A stretch of DNA of 64,000 nucleotides, taken from a virus. The stretch covers positions 64,001 to 128,000 of IMG/VR virus record IMGVR_UViG_3300026097_000011; one strand, 5' to 3'. A model generated the notes under the pieces. The model had not been told where the DNA came from. It was given only the letters and a program-made list of their open reading frames with translations, and searched no databases. This document shows, piece by piece, positions 47,801 through 57,600 of this stretch. The position numbers were made by a program, and so were the translations under genes. Positions within the stretch are counted from its first letter, which is position 1; each line of letters starts with the position of its first letter.

Positions 47801-47927
47801 TCACGATAATAGGGGTAACATCTATATGAATGAGATTCATCAGATGATAAACGTACTACCTAAAGAACAGTACATAAAAAATATTGAAACTAGGTTAAAT
47901 AGGAGAAAGAATAATCTTTTAAACTAA
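44847..47927 (+). CDS. Large structural protein, probable baseplate wedge component
   Basis: IGTYKGL..FVNILGY...EYW wedge-like motif; PKD-like segments; late promoter. Confidence 0.6.
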   Translation: MVVQNLNFFDKFGKNMNLDWNTDRELWEGTIYFPEISTFVYDNENIFILEDDNGDYKFPVINPGTALKFEWIDNEIEDELILYEVEKDYDLNNFFINKKDSIEVSYDDLIPVSGGSSIDIKLPLQINVAFNPTNEIRYERILCMFSVDQNTGEKTKIAELRFYGEGVTEDERFGVWARNFGIKFNKEDANILKDYDIKEAYPDWTQLNMARKNLLVNKDQVYPYIGTYKGLNNFVNILGYKDVLGIKEYWTNINKKSPYYDKQFMVDITDYLDDGKIDEVNILDKNRKIKHGKQFRKTECLALVYQFTQATDNFDDDGIPEVEETTEFTVDEIFYKLNRLRDKVETEFLPINVKIKDIIGEFIYFQKITIKFWPDDTKIFDYDLNEYSELQVYPDKNVDFKIRSLVPLLRKEHPNGATFGRVIFNNGVQNPFEHSQKYSPSDIPQMVDYITEFYDRTKEMQFPDIGKRLLWEEGDDPEMIIGAACVFNIYNEKFTFETFKGVTFEDLESMGSYDPYYTLENLDFKNFYEITWRITKDAPNPYSFEYRGKIEDLWQLPHFLPYHGTYRLTVELHDFYGNSNAYSKFITVQSDQVAHVVAVTRLEDKFNYQLDNLDNVQLKDFGTSPNYFPRVSVLDNEEAISEVDIDKQLLQFAWYYKNRYGMGQNLYDVEIFNEGTGTYVPYKDPSQNHPKKLYWGLGENNEPIKLQDFKGMTMKSLFFMRLSDLIYVDDFNAGFYLRNPTPGKVIQISLFTPYEIPQFTDLDDLINQLNASEHPGIKLFNYEIINGRKSDDQYIVHAQAEYLSKEMYHILMDDGINTGSPKTSPQTSSPGSGLSDVDKYTFFLPLEIYSKRLMSYLKSTYPILDDETMFLFAKTSDIISGAVQDPSFWVDKEYWKFENNKQIGYLPTLMDQNSFNINDIKVYESSFNVPENTPVFLSVNNIDGKLEYIWTLTNLDTLEEVKVRSVPFFAWKFKDLGRFTIHVEIHDNRGNIYMNEIHQMINVLPKEQYIKNIETRLNRRKNNLLN

Positions 47928-47940
47928 TTTAATCAAATCG

Positions 47941-47948
47941 ATAAATAA
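47941..47948 (+). promoter_or_regulatory. Late promoter ATAAATAA
   Basis: About 21 nt upstream of the ATG at 47969. Confidence 0.7.
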
Positions 47949-47968
47949 AATAAAATAATTCTATAACA

Positions 47969-48943
47969 ATGGCATTTACACCAGTAAATTTACCGATTCA
48001 AGAGATGTTGCAGAGCGATTTCATCGTTGATTTAGCACAAATTCATAATTCAAATGTACTTCTTTTGAAGGACAAGTTAGAAGATGTGATTAATAATTTT
48101 GAGTTCGATACTAACACTATTTCAATCGGAACAGACAACCCAATTAACAGCATTAGAACTCAAGATATAGTTATCCAAGATGGAGGATTTATATTTCAAA
48201 CTGGAGTTCCAAATCAGATAATTGCAAGACTATTTAAAAATGGATCTGATGAATCTGTTTTAAATGTAGATAATATAACAGTTGATTCAGGAATTGATGC
48301 TGATAATATAACTATAAATGATATTACAATAAATAACTCTGCTACTTTTGCAGGACCAGTTGTTGCTAATGGATCATTTGATTATGAAGGGTCTCTTATT
48401 GAATCAAAAGAATCAGTTTCAGTGCTTGTTGAAAAAGTAGCAAATACAGCAGTTGGTACGATTACATTATCTAATACATCAAGGAAAAATATATACGTGA
48501 CACTTACTGCTGAAACAACAGTTGGACCAACTAGAGTATGGGATGGATCTGCTTTTGTAGGAACATTAACTGATATTATACTAAACATTGATTTTGATGC
48601 TACTAATCCTCCTGCAGAAAATACTTCATTTACTATTCATATTGTAGATGTAGTTGAAAACTCAGGTTCAGTTAGCATTGTATCAAATATTAATGCAGTG
48701 GGTACTCCTCCACCTGTTCAAATAGCAACTGGGGTAAATCAAAGTACTACTGGAACAATTATCATGCATCATGACTTAGTAGCAGAGGGACAGAAACTAG
48801 CAGTTAATCATCAAACTAACGCAATGTTTCAATCTCAAGCGCTATTAAGATATGGACATAATGCTACATTCAATTATATAATTGATAATAACTCTAATGA
48901 CAGACTGTTGATAACATCAATGGTGGGATTAGAAATATACTAA
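47969..48943 (+). CDS. Virion structural protein (beta-rich, tail/baseplate)
   Basis: Late operon; Asn/Thr/Ile-rich. Confidence 0.6.
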   Translation: MAFTPVNLPIQEMLQSDFIVDLAQIHNSNVLLLKDKLEDVINNFEFDTNTISIGTDNPINSIRTQDIVIQDGGFIFQTGVPNQIIARLFKNGSDESVLNVDNITVDSGIDADNITINDITINNSATFAGPVVANGSFDYEGSLIESKESVSVLVEKVANTAVGTITLSNTSRKNIYVTLTAETTVGPTRVWDGSAFVGTLTDIILNIDFDATNPPAENTSFTIHIVDVVENSGSVSIVSNINAVGTPPPVQIATGVNQSTTGTIIMHHDLVAEGQKLAVNHQTNAMFQSQALLRYGHNATFNYIIDNNSNDRLLITSMVGLEIY

Positions 48944-48960
48944 AATAATAATTAATAGAG

Positions 48961-51057
48961 ATGGCTGTTACACCATTATTAAAACCGATTCAAAATAAGA
49001 AAGGAATCTTATACACCTTTCAAAGTGCTTTAGAGGATATTGATCTAAAGGTTGCTAATGGTGAGAACAATGTTAGATACTCTAAATTTGCATTACTTAA
49101 TATTCCTAATTTTGGAACTCCAGATTCTCTAGAATTTGATAATAAATTTCAATTTTTAGCACAAGGAGAATCTACATTATTAGAGGGATTAAATACGGAC
49201 CAAAATATAAACTTAGCTCAGAGTTTTCAAAGTTATGCACTTAATATGGAGGCACTGTTAATTAGTCGTCCTCAATATATGAGAGATGCTGAAAGAACCG
49301 TATCGGAGCGAGTATTTTGGAAATGGCTAAAGGAATCTGGCTCTATCAGATTCAGAGATGCTAATGCAATTGAGAAAAATACAGACATACTTGAAACTGA
49401 AAAACGATTTGTAGAGGAATACAATGCAACTAGCACATATGAAAGAGTAGTTCAATATATCGGAGACATTGACGTTGTTAATTCAATAAAGTCTCCAGAA
49501 AATTCTTACACAGAGGTTTATATTCATATTCCTACTAATGTGGGAAGTACAACTCATGTATTATTCGAATCTATTAAAGATGATAATTATTATCCTAATA
49601 TGACTGTTGCAAATAACGCAAAAAATCCATTAGATATAGAATACTTATCTGGTAGAAGATTTGATGAAACACATCCATTTGGATTATCAGTAAAAGCATA
49701 TTACGATTTAGATGATGCAAGTGTTTATACTGAAATTTCTGATGAATTTGGAGGAAATACTGTGCCAGGTAATTGGTTTACTCAAACAATTAATAACTCA
49801 TATTATACTGATAATATAAATGGAGAATATGATATAGCGAATACAGACTGGATAACTAAGCAGCTTGGAGTAGATTCAGTTGGATATGCTAGAACTACAC
49901 TTGATGGAATATCATTAGATTTCAACTTGGATAATTATAAACTAGCTGCTGAAAACCCAAATATTAAAGTATTTTCACAATTTAATGATTACATTGCAAA
50001 TAAAGACTTTCAATATAATGCTATCCTAATTTATTATGATACATATGATGCAAATGATTTAGATGCGAATGGAAACCCTAATTCATTTACAACTAATTTA
50101 TATGGGGTAATGTTCCTTGATAAAATTGAACAGGCAGGATTAGAATTTGAAATTCCGTCAATTACAAAATATAAACCAGATCCTCTTAATAAGACAAACG
50201 GTAATTCATTCTCTTATAAAATGAATCTTAAATTAGATACTTCTGTTGAAAACGTACTGGTTGAAAAATCAATCAATGATTATTCTACTTTTTCAATGGA
50301 TTTATTTACTGATGTTTTAACTGAATTTAAAAGAATCCAAACTAGGTTAAATGATAAGTTGTTAGAGATAGAAGGAATAACACAAGAAGTTAGAGAGTTA
50401 AAGGACTTAATGATTAACAGTGAGGACCTTAATGAGTTAAATCTAAAAATAGATAACTTAGAAACATCAGTCACTGAAAATCAAGCTATTTTTAATAATA
50501 CAGGAGAATTAATGAGAATGATAGAAAATGTAAATGATAAAGTAGTCGATATAACAAATGGAGATGCAAATATTGAAGTTACATATAACACTGATGTTCT
50601 TAAAGCAGGAGATGGAATGAGACTTGATAAACGTACCCCTAATAGAGTTAGACTTGAAAATACAAATCAAGAATATAATATATCTAATAATTCAATTGTG
50701 AGTATTTTCGATAATAACGTAATTGAGCTTGGAAGATACTCTAATTATATTAGACATGAAAACAACGGAGATGTAATTATATTAATAAGAGATCTAGAAA
50801 TATTCATAGATGACTCTACTATTCCATGGAGTAAAGGTCAAACTTTAAAGTTAGTAATAGATGATGAATTAAATCCAGATGTATACGACCTTAAAATTAA
50901 AACTGATGCTATTAATAAGGCTGGAAACGGAGTATTTGGAACTACTATTGGAGTATTCAATGACTTAGATTTTACTCCATCTGGAAACAGGCCAATTTTT
51001 GAAATCATATGTATAAATGCAGAAACTCTAGAATTTAAAATAGACAAAATAAGATAA
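48961..51057 (+). CDS. Virion structural protein with coiled coil
   Basis: Late operon; FSKFALLNIP-type N-terminus and central heptads. Confidence 0.6.
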   Translation: MAVTPLLKPIQNKKGILYTFQSALEDIDLKVANGENNVRYSKFALLNIPNFGTPDSLEFDNKFQFLAQGESTLLEGLNTDQNINLAQSFQSYALNMEALLISRPQYMRDAERTVSERVFWKWLKESGSIRFRDANAIEKNTDILETEKRFVEEYNATSTYERVVQYIGDIDVVNSIKSPENSYTEVYIHIPTNVGSTTHVLFESIKDDNYYPNMTVANNAKNPLDIEYLSGRRFDETHPFGLSVKAYYDLDDASVYTEISDEFGGNTVPGNWFTQTINNSYYTDNINGEYDIANTDWITKQLGVDSVGYARTTLDGISLDFNLDNYKLAAENPNIKVFSQFNDYIANKDFQYNAILIYYDTYDANDLDANGNPNSFTTNLYGVMFLDKIEQAGLEFEIPSITKYKPDPLNKTNGNSFSYKMNLKLDTSVENVLVEKSINDYSTFSMDLFTDVLTEFKRIQTRLNDKLLEIEGITQEVRELKDLMINSEDLNELNLKIDNLETSVTENQAIFNNTGELMRMIENVNDKVVDITNGDANIEVTYNTDVLKAGDGMRLDKRTPNRVRLENTNQEYNISNNSIVSIFDNNVIELGRYSNYIRHENNGDVIILIRDLEIFIDDSTIPWSKGQTLKLVIDDELNPDVYDLKIKTDAINKAGNGVFGTTIGVFNDLDFTPSGNRPIFEIICINAETLEFKIDKIR

Positions 51058-51061
51058 TATA

Positions 51062-54000
51062 ATGGAGACTAAACACACAATAGAAGCTTTACTAAGTAGA
51101 TTAGTTGTTGATGTAGATAATATGAACTCGTTCATATATAGTCTACAAAAAATGCTAGACTCTAAGTCTGAAAATGTAACAATCACACAGACTCTAGAAG
51201 ATGGAACAACCAAAGAAATTAATGTACCTTCATTTGGGTATATGAAAAGTAAAATCGATAACGTAAATACAAATTTCGAAACTCTAGTTTCTGCAAATAA
51301 CGACGTTATTGGTATAAAATCTTCAAATGGTGATGTTCGTAAATTTGAACTTAAAAAGGTGTCCAAGCTTTTACAAGAACTAGAAGAAGTGTCTAATACA
51401 AACGTCGCTATTCCAACTTCATTTGGAATTAAAAATAACTGGTTTTTTGAATCATTCCTGAATCCATTATTATTTGTAAGCATTGATGTTCAATCTATAT
51501 TAACAGATGATATTGATCAATTTCAAGTAAAAAGATTAATTATTAATTCTGTAGATGATGATGATCTTACATTTTTCGCAGATAACTATTTAAATAATAA
51601 CACTATTGATTTAAATGAAGCTAGGGCTACATTAGAAGAACAGGGTATTGATTTCTTTGAGGATGATAATATAGTTCAAATGGATACTGCGGTTAATAGA
51701 TTCAAAGGAACATTTGATTGTCTTAGAATCATGGAAGAAGACGTTGATCAGGTGATAGTTGCAACTGGAGAAACTGTAACTGTAAATAGAAGAAGGTACA
51801 AATTAAGTTCTCTAAATTATACCGATATCTTAGATAATGCTAACAACACTAGAATACTATCAGAAGGAGATGTTTTAATAACTGACCTAGATTCAGAATA
51901 TAAAGTCGTATCGGTAAATAAAACTGATACTGAAGTAGTTCTTGAAAGAATATTTGGAGTCGAACCTATTACAATAGGAGCCGATGTTTTAAGAATGAAG
52001 CCTGTTAAATATAGAACTCCTGAGCTTCAAGTAAATGTAGGATTTAATGAAAGAGAAATCATATTTATTAAACCCGTTAGTAAAGCTCAAAATTTAACAA
52101 TTGATGATTATTCAAACGGATTCGGAGTTTTTTCAAATAACTTAACTATCACTCTTGAAGATGAAAGTGAATCTACATTAGAGGAATACTACAATAATTT
52201 TGTTGCTGATTTTGGAATGATACTATTAAGTGCAGCTAAAGAAAAAAAGATTCCAGCAATACTTGCAGAAACACCAGATGCCCCAGTAGTAGATGCTTCA
52301 AATTTTGAAGTTGTTCAAATAGATTCGCATATTAAAGAAGATGAGGACGAAGAAGAAATTAAAAATCAAGTAGCTGAAAAGGAAAATCTTAAAGTTAGAG
52401 TTAAAGAAAATCTAAAGAAGATTGATGATCTTAGAGCTCAGCTAAACGATACTGAAAAATCAACTTCTGAGAAAAACAGAATTGACAAAAAAATTGCTTC
52501 TTCTATAAAGGAAAAAGCAACAATTCAATCTCAATTAAGTTCTACAGTTAGAGAATTAACTACTAAACTAAGTACTACTCCCGCATTTAATAGAACTTCT
52601 AAATATAGAGTAAGAGGATTCTGGCCAATTCCTGAAGCTAAGGATAGTGTTTCAGGGTCACAGAACGTAGTTCAATTTAAAATTAGATATAGATACTTGT
52701 CTAAAAAAGGAAGTGCTCCTAATGCAACTCAGAGTCGTATTAGACAAGCAGACGATACAGATTCAATTGCACTGTTTTCTCCGTGGACTGAAATAACTAC
52801 TAAGCCTAGAACTAGAGTATTGGATGAAACTACTGGGTTGTATACTTGGTCAACTGAAGATTTATCATCAGCTGAAGAAGTTAATCCAAATCAATTGGAT
52901 TTATCTATTAGAAAAGGAGAAACATTAGAATTCCAAATCAAATCAATATCTGAAGCAGGATGGCCAGATAACGCAGCTGAGTCAGAATGGTCAACCCCAG
53001 TTCAAGTACCATTTCCAGAATCAATTGAATCTGCTGAAGAGGCTAGTGTGATATCACAGAGATTATTTGCTGAAGAGGCTAGATTAGATTTCGAAGACGA
53101 ATTAACTGCTAGAGGTTTAGATTTACATCTAGGAAATCAATTTACAACAGGTGAAAGGTTTTTTGCTCATAAAGCAAATGATATTGCATCTGGGTTCTTC
53201 ACAACTGAAGGAAATATTATAGACCTATTCGAAAAAATTAAAACTCTAGAATTAACAGTCGAATCGTTAGAACAGGCGCTTGCGCTTGATACTGGAGTTA
53301 TTAAAGTATCTGTTATTGATAATGAAGGTAATGTGTCTGAAGTTAAAAATGGAGACACACTTAATTTATTCGCTGGTTATTATAGAGATCAAATTAAAGA
53401 TACGTCTGGAACATCAGTTGTATATAATGACGGTAGAATAATAACCAAACAATATTCGATATCAATCGAAAATACATCTGCAACTAAGCTTGAATTAATC
53501 ACTCTATTAAAAGGAGGAATTGAGCAACCTGTTATAACATCTGATCCGATTAGTAACCCAGATTCAGACTACCATATTAATAGAAGGTATGACCTAGTTC
53601 CTATGTCTATTAACTCGGCAGTTGAGGCTGATTCAAGAGAATATTATATTCACCCAGCTGGATTCCAATCACAGCAGGTAAATAGCCAATATATACATTC
53701 TAGGTTTAAAAACTACGGATTATCTACCGATATGTACGATTATTATCCACTTGGTGGATTGGGATGGGCAAGTGCTGTTACTAATCAAACGCCAAATGCA
53801 TATGATGGACAAACTATAGGATCAAATGTTGTTCCATTACAGGGAAACATGTATGTTCCATTTAGACCAGGTGAAAGTAACAATTCTATTATTCCACATG
53901 GTGGAACTAACTCCGATGTTTGGCTAGGAACAACTAATACAACAGCTGTTCCACAGGGATTTGGATATATAACTGAATTTTGTATTCACAAAGATCATCC

Positions 54001-54643
54001 TGATCTTCAAGCACTTGCTCCAAACTTAAATGTAGGAACATCTGCATCTAGTCGCCAGAATTTATTTGGACCATATGTAGCTGGAACAAATCAGGAATAT
54101 TTGCCGTTTGCACATGCTCCATTTATGGAAACATCGGTTAATGAACAAACCGGGGTTTTAGGAAACAATTATAATATTCAAGCAAATAGACAAACTCCAA
54201 CTGAAGCAACGTCTGCGTCTAATTCCACTAATAATGATTTTCCTATTAAATTAGGATTTGCTCCAAATGATGAATTCTTAATTGGAAAATATACATGTGG
54301 ATCATATTTATATATGTTCCCTAATAACTATAAAGATATATCAGTAGATGGAAATCATCCTGTTCTATCAACTAAGGCTATTGTAAATGGATCAGAGAAT
54401 GCAGTTAATATTCCAGTTTTATTTCAATATCGATGTTCAGATAAATTATCTTTTATCGGAGGATTTAGAACCAGTGAGACATTAAAGAATATAAAATATT
54501 CAAAGAAGATCGGAATTGATATCTTTGTTAAAGATGATGTACCATTTTCTTTTGATATTGAAGTATCGACTCAGTATAAAAAGGAAACAACTATAGATTC
54601 ACCAATTGTGCCATCTAGAGGAGCTGTTCCAGTAACTTTTTAA
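51062..54643 (+). CDS. Large virion structural protein (coiled coil plus FN3-like segment)
   Basis: 1193 aa; F.IKSISEAGWP..ESEWS FN3-like motif. Confidence 0.6.
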   Translation: METKHTIEALLSRLVVDVDNMNSFIYSLQKMLDSKSENVTITQTLEDGTTKEINVPSFGYMKSKIDNVNTNFETLVSANNDVIGIKSSNGDVRKFELKKVSKLLQELEEVSNTNVAIPTSFGIKNNWFFESFLNPLLFVSIDVQSILTDDIDQFQVKRLIINSVDDDDLTFFADNYLNNNTIDLNEARATLEEQGIDFFEDDNIVQMDTAVNRFKGTFDCLRIMEEDVDQVIVATGETVTVNRRRYKLSSLNYTDILDNANNTRILSEGDVLITDLDSEYKVVSVNKTDTEVVLERIFGVEPITIGADVLRMKPVKYRTPELQVNVGFNEREIIFIKPVSKAQNLTIDDYSNGFGVFSNNLTITLEDESESTLEEYYNNFVADFGMILLSAAKEKKIPAILAETPDAPVVDASNFEVVQIDSHIKEDEDEEEIKNQVAEKENLKVRVKENLKKIDDLRAQLNDTEKSTSEKNRIDKKIASSIKEKATIQSQLSSTVRELTTKLSTTPAFNRTSKYRVRGFWPIPEAKDSVSGSQNVVQFKIRYRYLSKKGSAPNATQSRIRQADDTDSIALFSPWTEITTKPRTRVLDETTGLYTWSTEDLSSAEEVNPNQLDLSIRKGETLEFQIKSISEAGWPDNAAESEWSTPVQVPFPESIESAEEASVISQRLFAEEARLDFEDELTARGLDLHLGNQFTTGERFFAHKANDIASGFFTTEGNIIDLFEKIKTLELTVESLEQALALDTGVIKVSVIDNEGNVSEVKNGDTLNLFAGYYRDQIKDTSGTSVVYNDGRIITKQYSISIENTSATKLELITLLKGGIEQPVITSDPISNPDSDYHINRRYDLVPMSINSAVEADSREYYIHPAGFQSQQVNSQYIHSRFKNYGLSTDMYDYYPLGGLGWASAVTNQTPNAYDGQTIGSNVVPLQGNMYVPFRPGESNNSIIPHGGTNSDVWLGTTNTTAVPQGFGYITEFCIHKDHPDLQALAPNLNVGTSASSRQNLFGPYVAGTNQEYLPFAHAPFMETSVNEQTGVLGNNYNIQANRQTPTEATSASNSTNNDFPIKLGFAPNDEFLIGKYTCGSYLYMFPNNYKDISVDGNHPVLSTKAIVNGSENAVNIPVLFQYRCSDKLSFIGGFRTSETLKNIKYSKKIGIDIFVKDDVPFSFDIEVSTQYKKETTIDSPIVPSRGAVPVTF

Positions 54644-54646
54644 TAA

Positions 54647-57600
54647 ATGGCAAGAACTATAGATTTTCAACAAATATTACAAGATGAAGCAAGTTTTCAA
54701 CTAGTACGAACTAATCCCAAACTCACGGGAAATGTAAAGCTTACCGTTGATTCCAATGATAACATGTGGCTGAACTCAATTGATGCTAATGAAGAATTAT
54801 CAAAGGCGTTATACAAAAGATTTTCAATTGATCCTAGTATGTCGCTTCCTGCTAATATGTTTTCATTCTTTGATAGTGGAGCTACTCCAAGTGAGATTGT
54901 ATTTGAATTAAGTGAAAACTTTGAACCTACTAAAACATCAACTGATTTTAAAGACCAATATGACTTTGATAACTATTTCAGTGGAGTAAACTATTTACCA
55001 AGTAGACGATATGATGAAAAGCTATCATACTTTGCTCCAATTTACTTAAAGGAAGATGTTCCAGAATATTTTGTAATATTTAAAATAGAAGATCCTTTGA
55101 ATAATCCAATTGATGAAATGGCTGAATCGTATCCTTATGATAAAGAAAATTACATCAAAGAACTATTCAAGAAATCTACTATAATCAAAACATTTGATTT
55201 AAGGCCTACTACTGACGTTGGAAAGTTCTTACGTAAACATGTAGAAAATATTAAGTCTAATCCACTTGAAGTTTCATATGATGAAAATACCCTAACTAAT
55301 TTTTATGGAATATTATATAACTCCGGTGTATTTGGAAAGAGAGGAGAAAATCTATATGATTTTTATAGAACATCAAATCCTCTTAAAACATTTGAAGAAT
55401 TCATAACCCTTGGATTTGAAAGAAATGGAGTTATATTTCCAAACATACTTAATATGGAGTTTATATTTGACGACGACACTTCTGAATTATATGACTTTAA
55501 TAGATATGTAGGAATGTATGTAAATGCTATAGAATTGTCTAAGTGTGATATTGATTTAGATAGAGGATTTAAAGAGAGAAGCACTTGGGAAAATGAGCCT
55601 AGATTTAGAAAAGAATACTTTGAATGGGAAAATGTAAATGTAGATCAAAGTAATGAAGATGGAGTAATAATTCCTATTACAAATCTAGATGTATATCTTT
55701 CTGATTTCGAGGATATATTTAATGACAAAGATAATATGTTCTTTAATTATATAACAGATAAACAAGGGAATTTACATCTCCCATCCCTAGATAACCCATA
55801 TAATATCGATTACGAAGGCACAACCGAGCTTAAAAGTGGTAAAATAAAAATGTCGAATACTAGTATTGAACTAGGAGACATGTTTGGTCCAGGTAAATCA
55901 TTTTTACAAGATAAAGGAACAGTTAGTGAAGGTTGTGGATGTTCGTTCATATATATTAAAATAGAATCACTAAGCCACTTAGATGCATTTAAGTTCTATC
56001 ATCCACATGGAACTAGAACTGATTCAAATGGTAGATATGAACTAATAGAAGGAGCTTCTAATTTTGCTCCTCTCACTACTCCCACTGATTTTTACTACTT
56101 TCACGATATTGATAACGTAAACGGAAATGATACTTTTTATTTTAATGTAGATGGAACTAAGTTAGAAGTAGCAAAATCATTAGCGGGATGTCTTAATAAT
56201 ATTAGAAGAGGAAGTGTTACTGCTCAAGTATTTAATGAATATGTATTTATTAAAGCAAATGTGAATGGTGATTATGATAGCTTATATAAAATGTCATTCG
56301 ATTCACAACTTAATGATTATTCTGGAATCACAATTAACGATGTTACTGGAACAGATCTAAACTCATTGATTAATTTTGATGGTGGAAGTATAAACAATGA
56401 TTCTAATAGATTAATAATAGATTACTCTCACTTTGAAAAAATTAAATCTAGATTAGATAATATTTTAGTTAAAACTAAAAATGGATGGTCTAAGATTTAT
56501 AAAATATCTAGATTCATAGATCCTATTAACGAGAAAAATATAAGTACATTAACTGACAGAAGAAATGCTATAGATGAATTTTTTGGAAAAATGGCAATTG
56601 CATTAGAATTACCTAAAACTCCTAAGTTAGAATCTGGAGATTTTACTATGACTCTTAAACATCGTCCAGCGTTTGGATTATTATCATTTTTCCCAATTAA
56701 AGACTTTGACTTTGACTTCTATTCATCTGAATATTTAAATTTCCCACGTGTTGATTTATATGAGCACTACTATATTCCACCTTTAATGAAGGAAATATAT
56801 AATGATGTCACATATAATATTTATGGAAATGGAGAAATTGATATAAATGGTGTGATTGTTTCATCTGGATCTTCTTATACGGTTCCTAGTGGAACAGATG
56901 GACCATATGAATATCGTGTTATATCTGGAGATGTTATAGTAGAAGCAAAGGGAAATCCAACTGGAACTATTGGATATTGGAATGCAGTCAATGATGCAGA
57001 TGAGGAATTAACACAATTTCCAGGATTCTTTCTACTAAAGGATCCAGATAGAGTTGTTCCTGAGATAACTAGTGGAAATCCTGGATTTGATTTATATAAT
57101 CTAAGAGATAAGTACTTAAACGGTATTGCTAGATCTGAATATGATTTCTATAAAGAAAATTCATCAAAGGATTTTTCATTAAGGTCTAAGATTCTTCCAT
57201 ACATTACCAAGTGGGTTTATCCAGACGGATTAGACTGTAGAAGTAATCCATATAGACTTAATACCGAATTAGTATTTGGATTTAATAATTTTGCGCCAAA
57301 TCATGAGGACGCGACTCAAAATCCATCTAATTTTACACATGAATGGTTCTACATCGAATCTAATTTTAGATACACAAGCGACGAACATATTGTTAAATTA
57401 AATAATTCATATTTTCCAGAACCATTTGATTTAAACAGAGCAGTTACTGAAGATGGGTACTTTATAGATTACTTTACATATACTCCTACATTTAATGGAG
57501 AAGAAATTGGTAAAACACAAACTAGATACTCTCCTATTCGTAAAAATGCATTAGGAGTATATGAGACGTTTTTTAAAGGGTTCAAAATACAGTTTAAAGA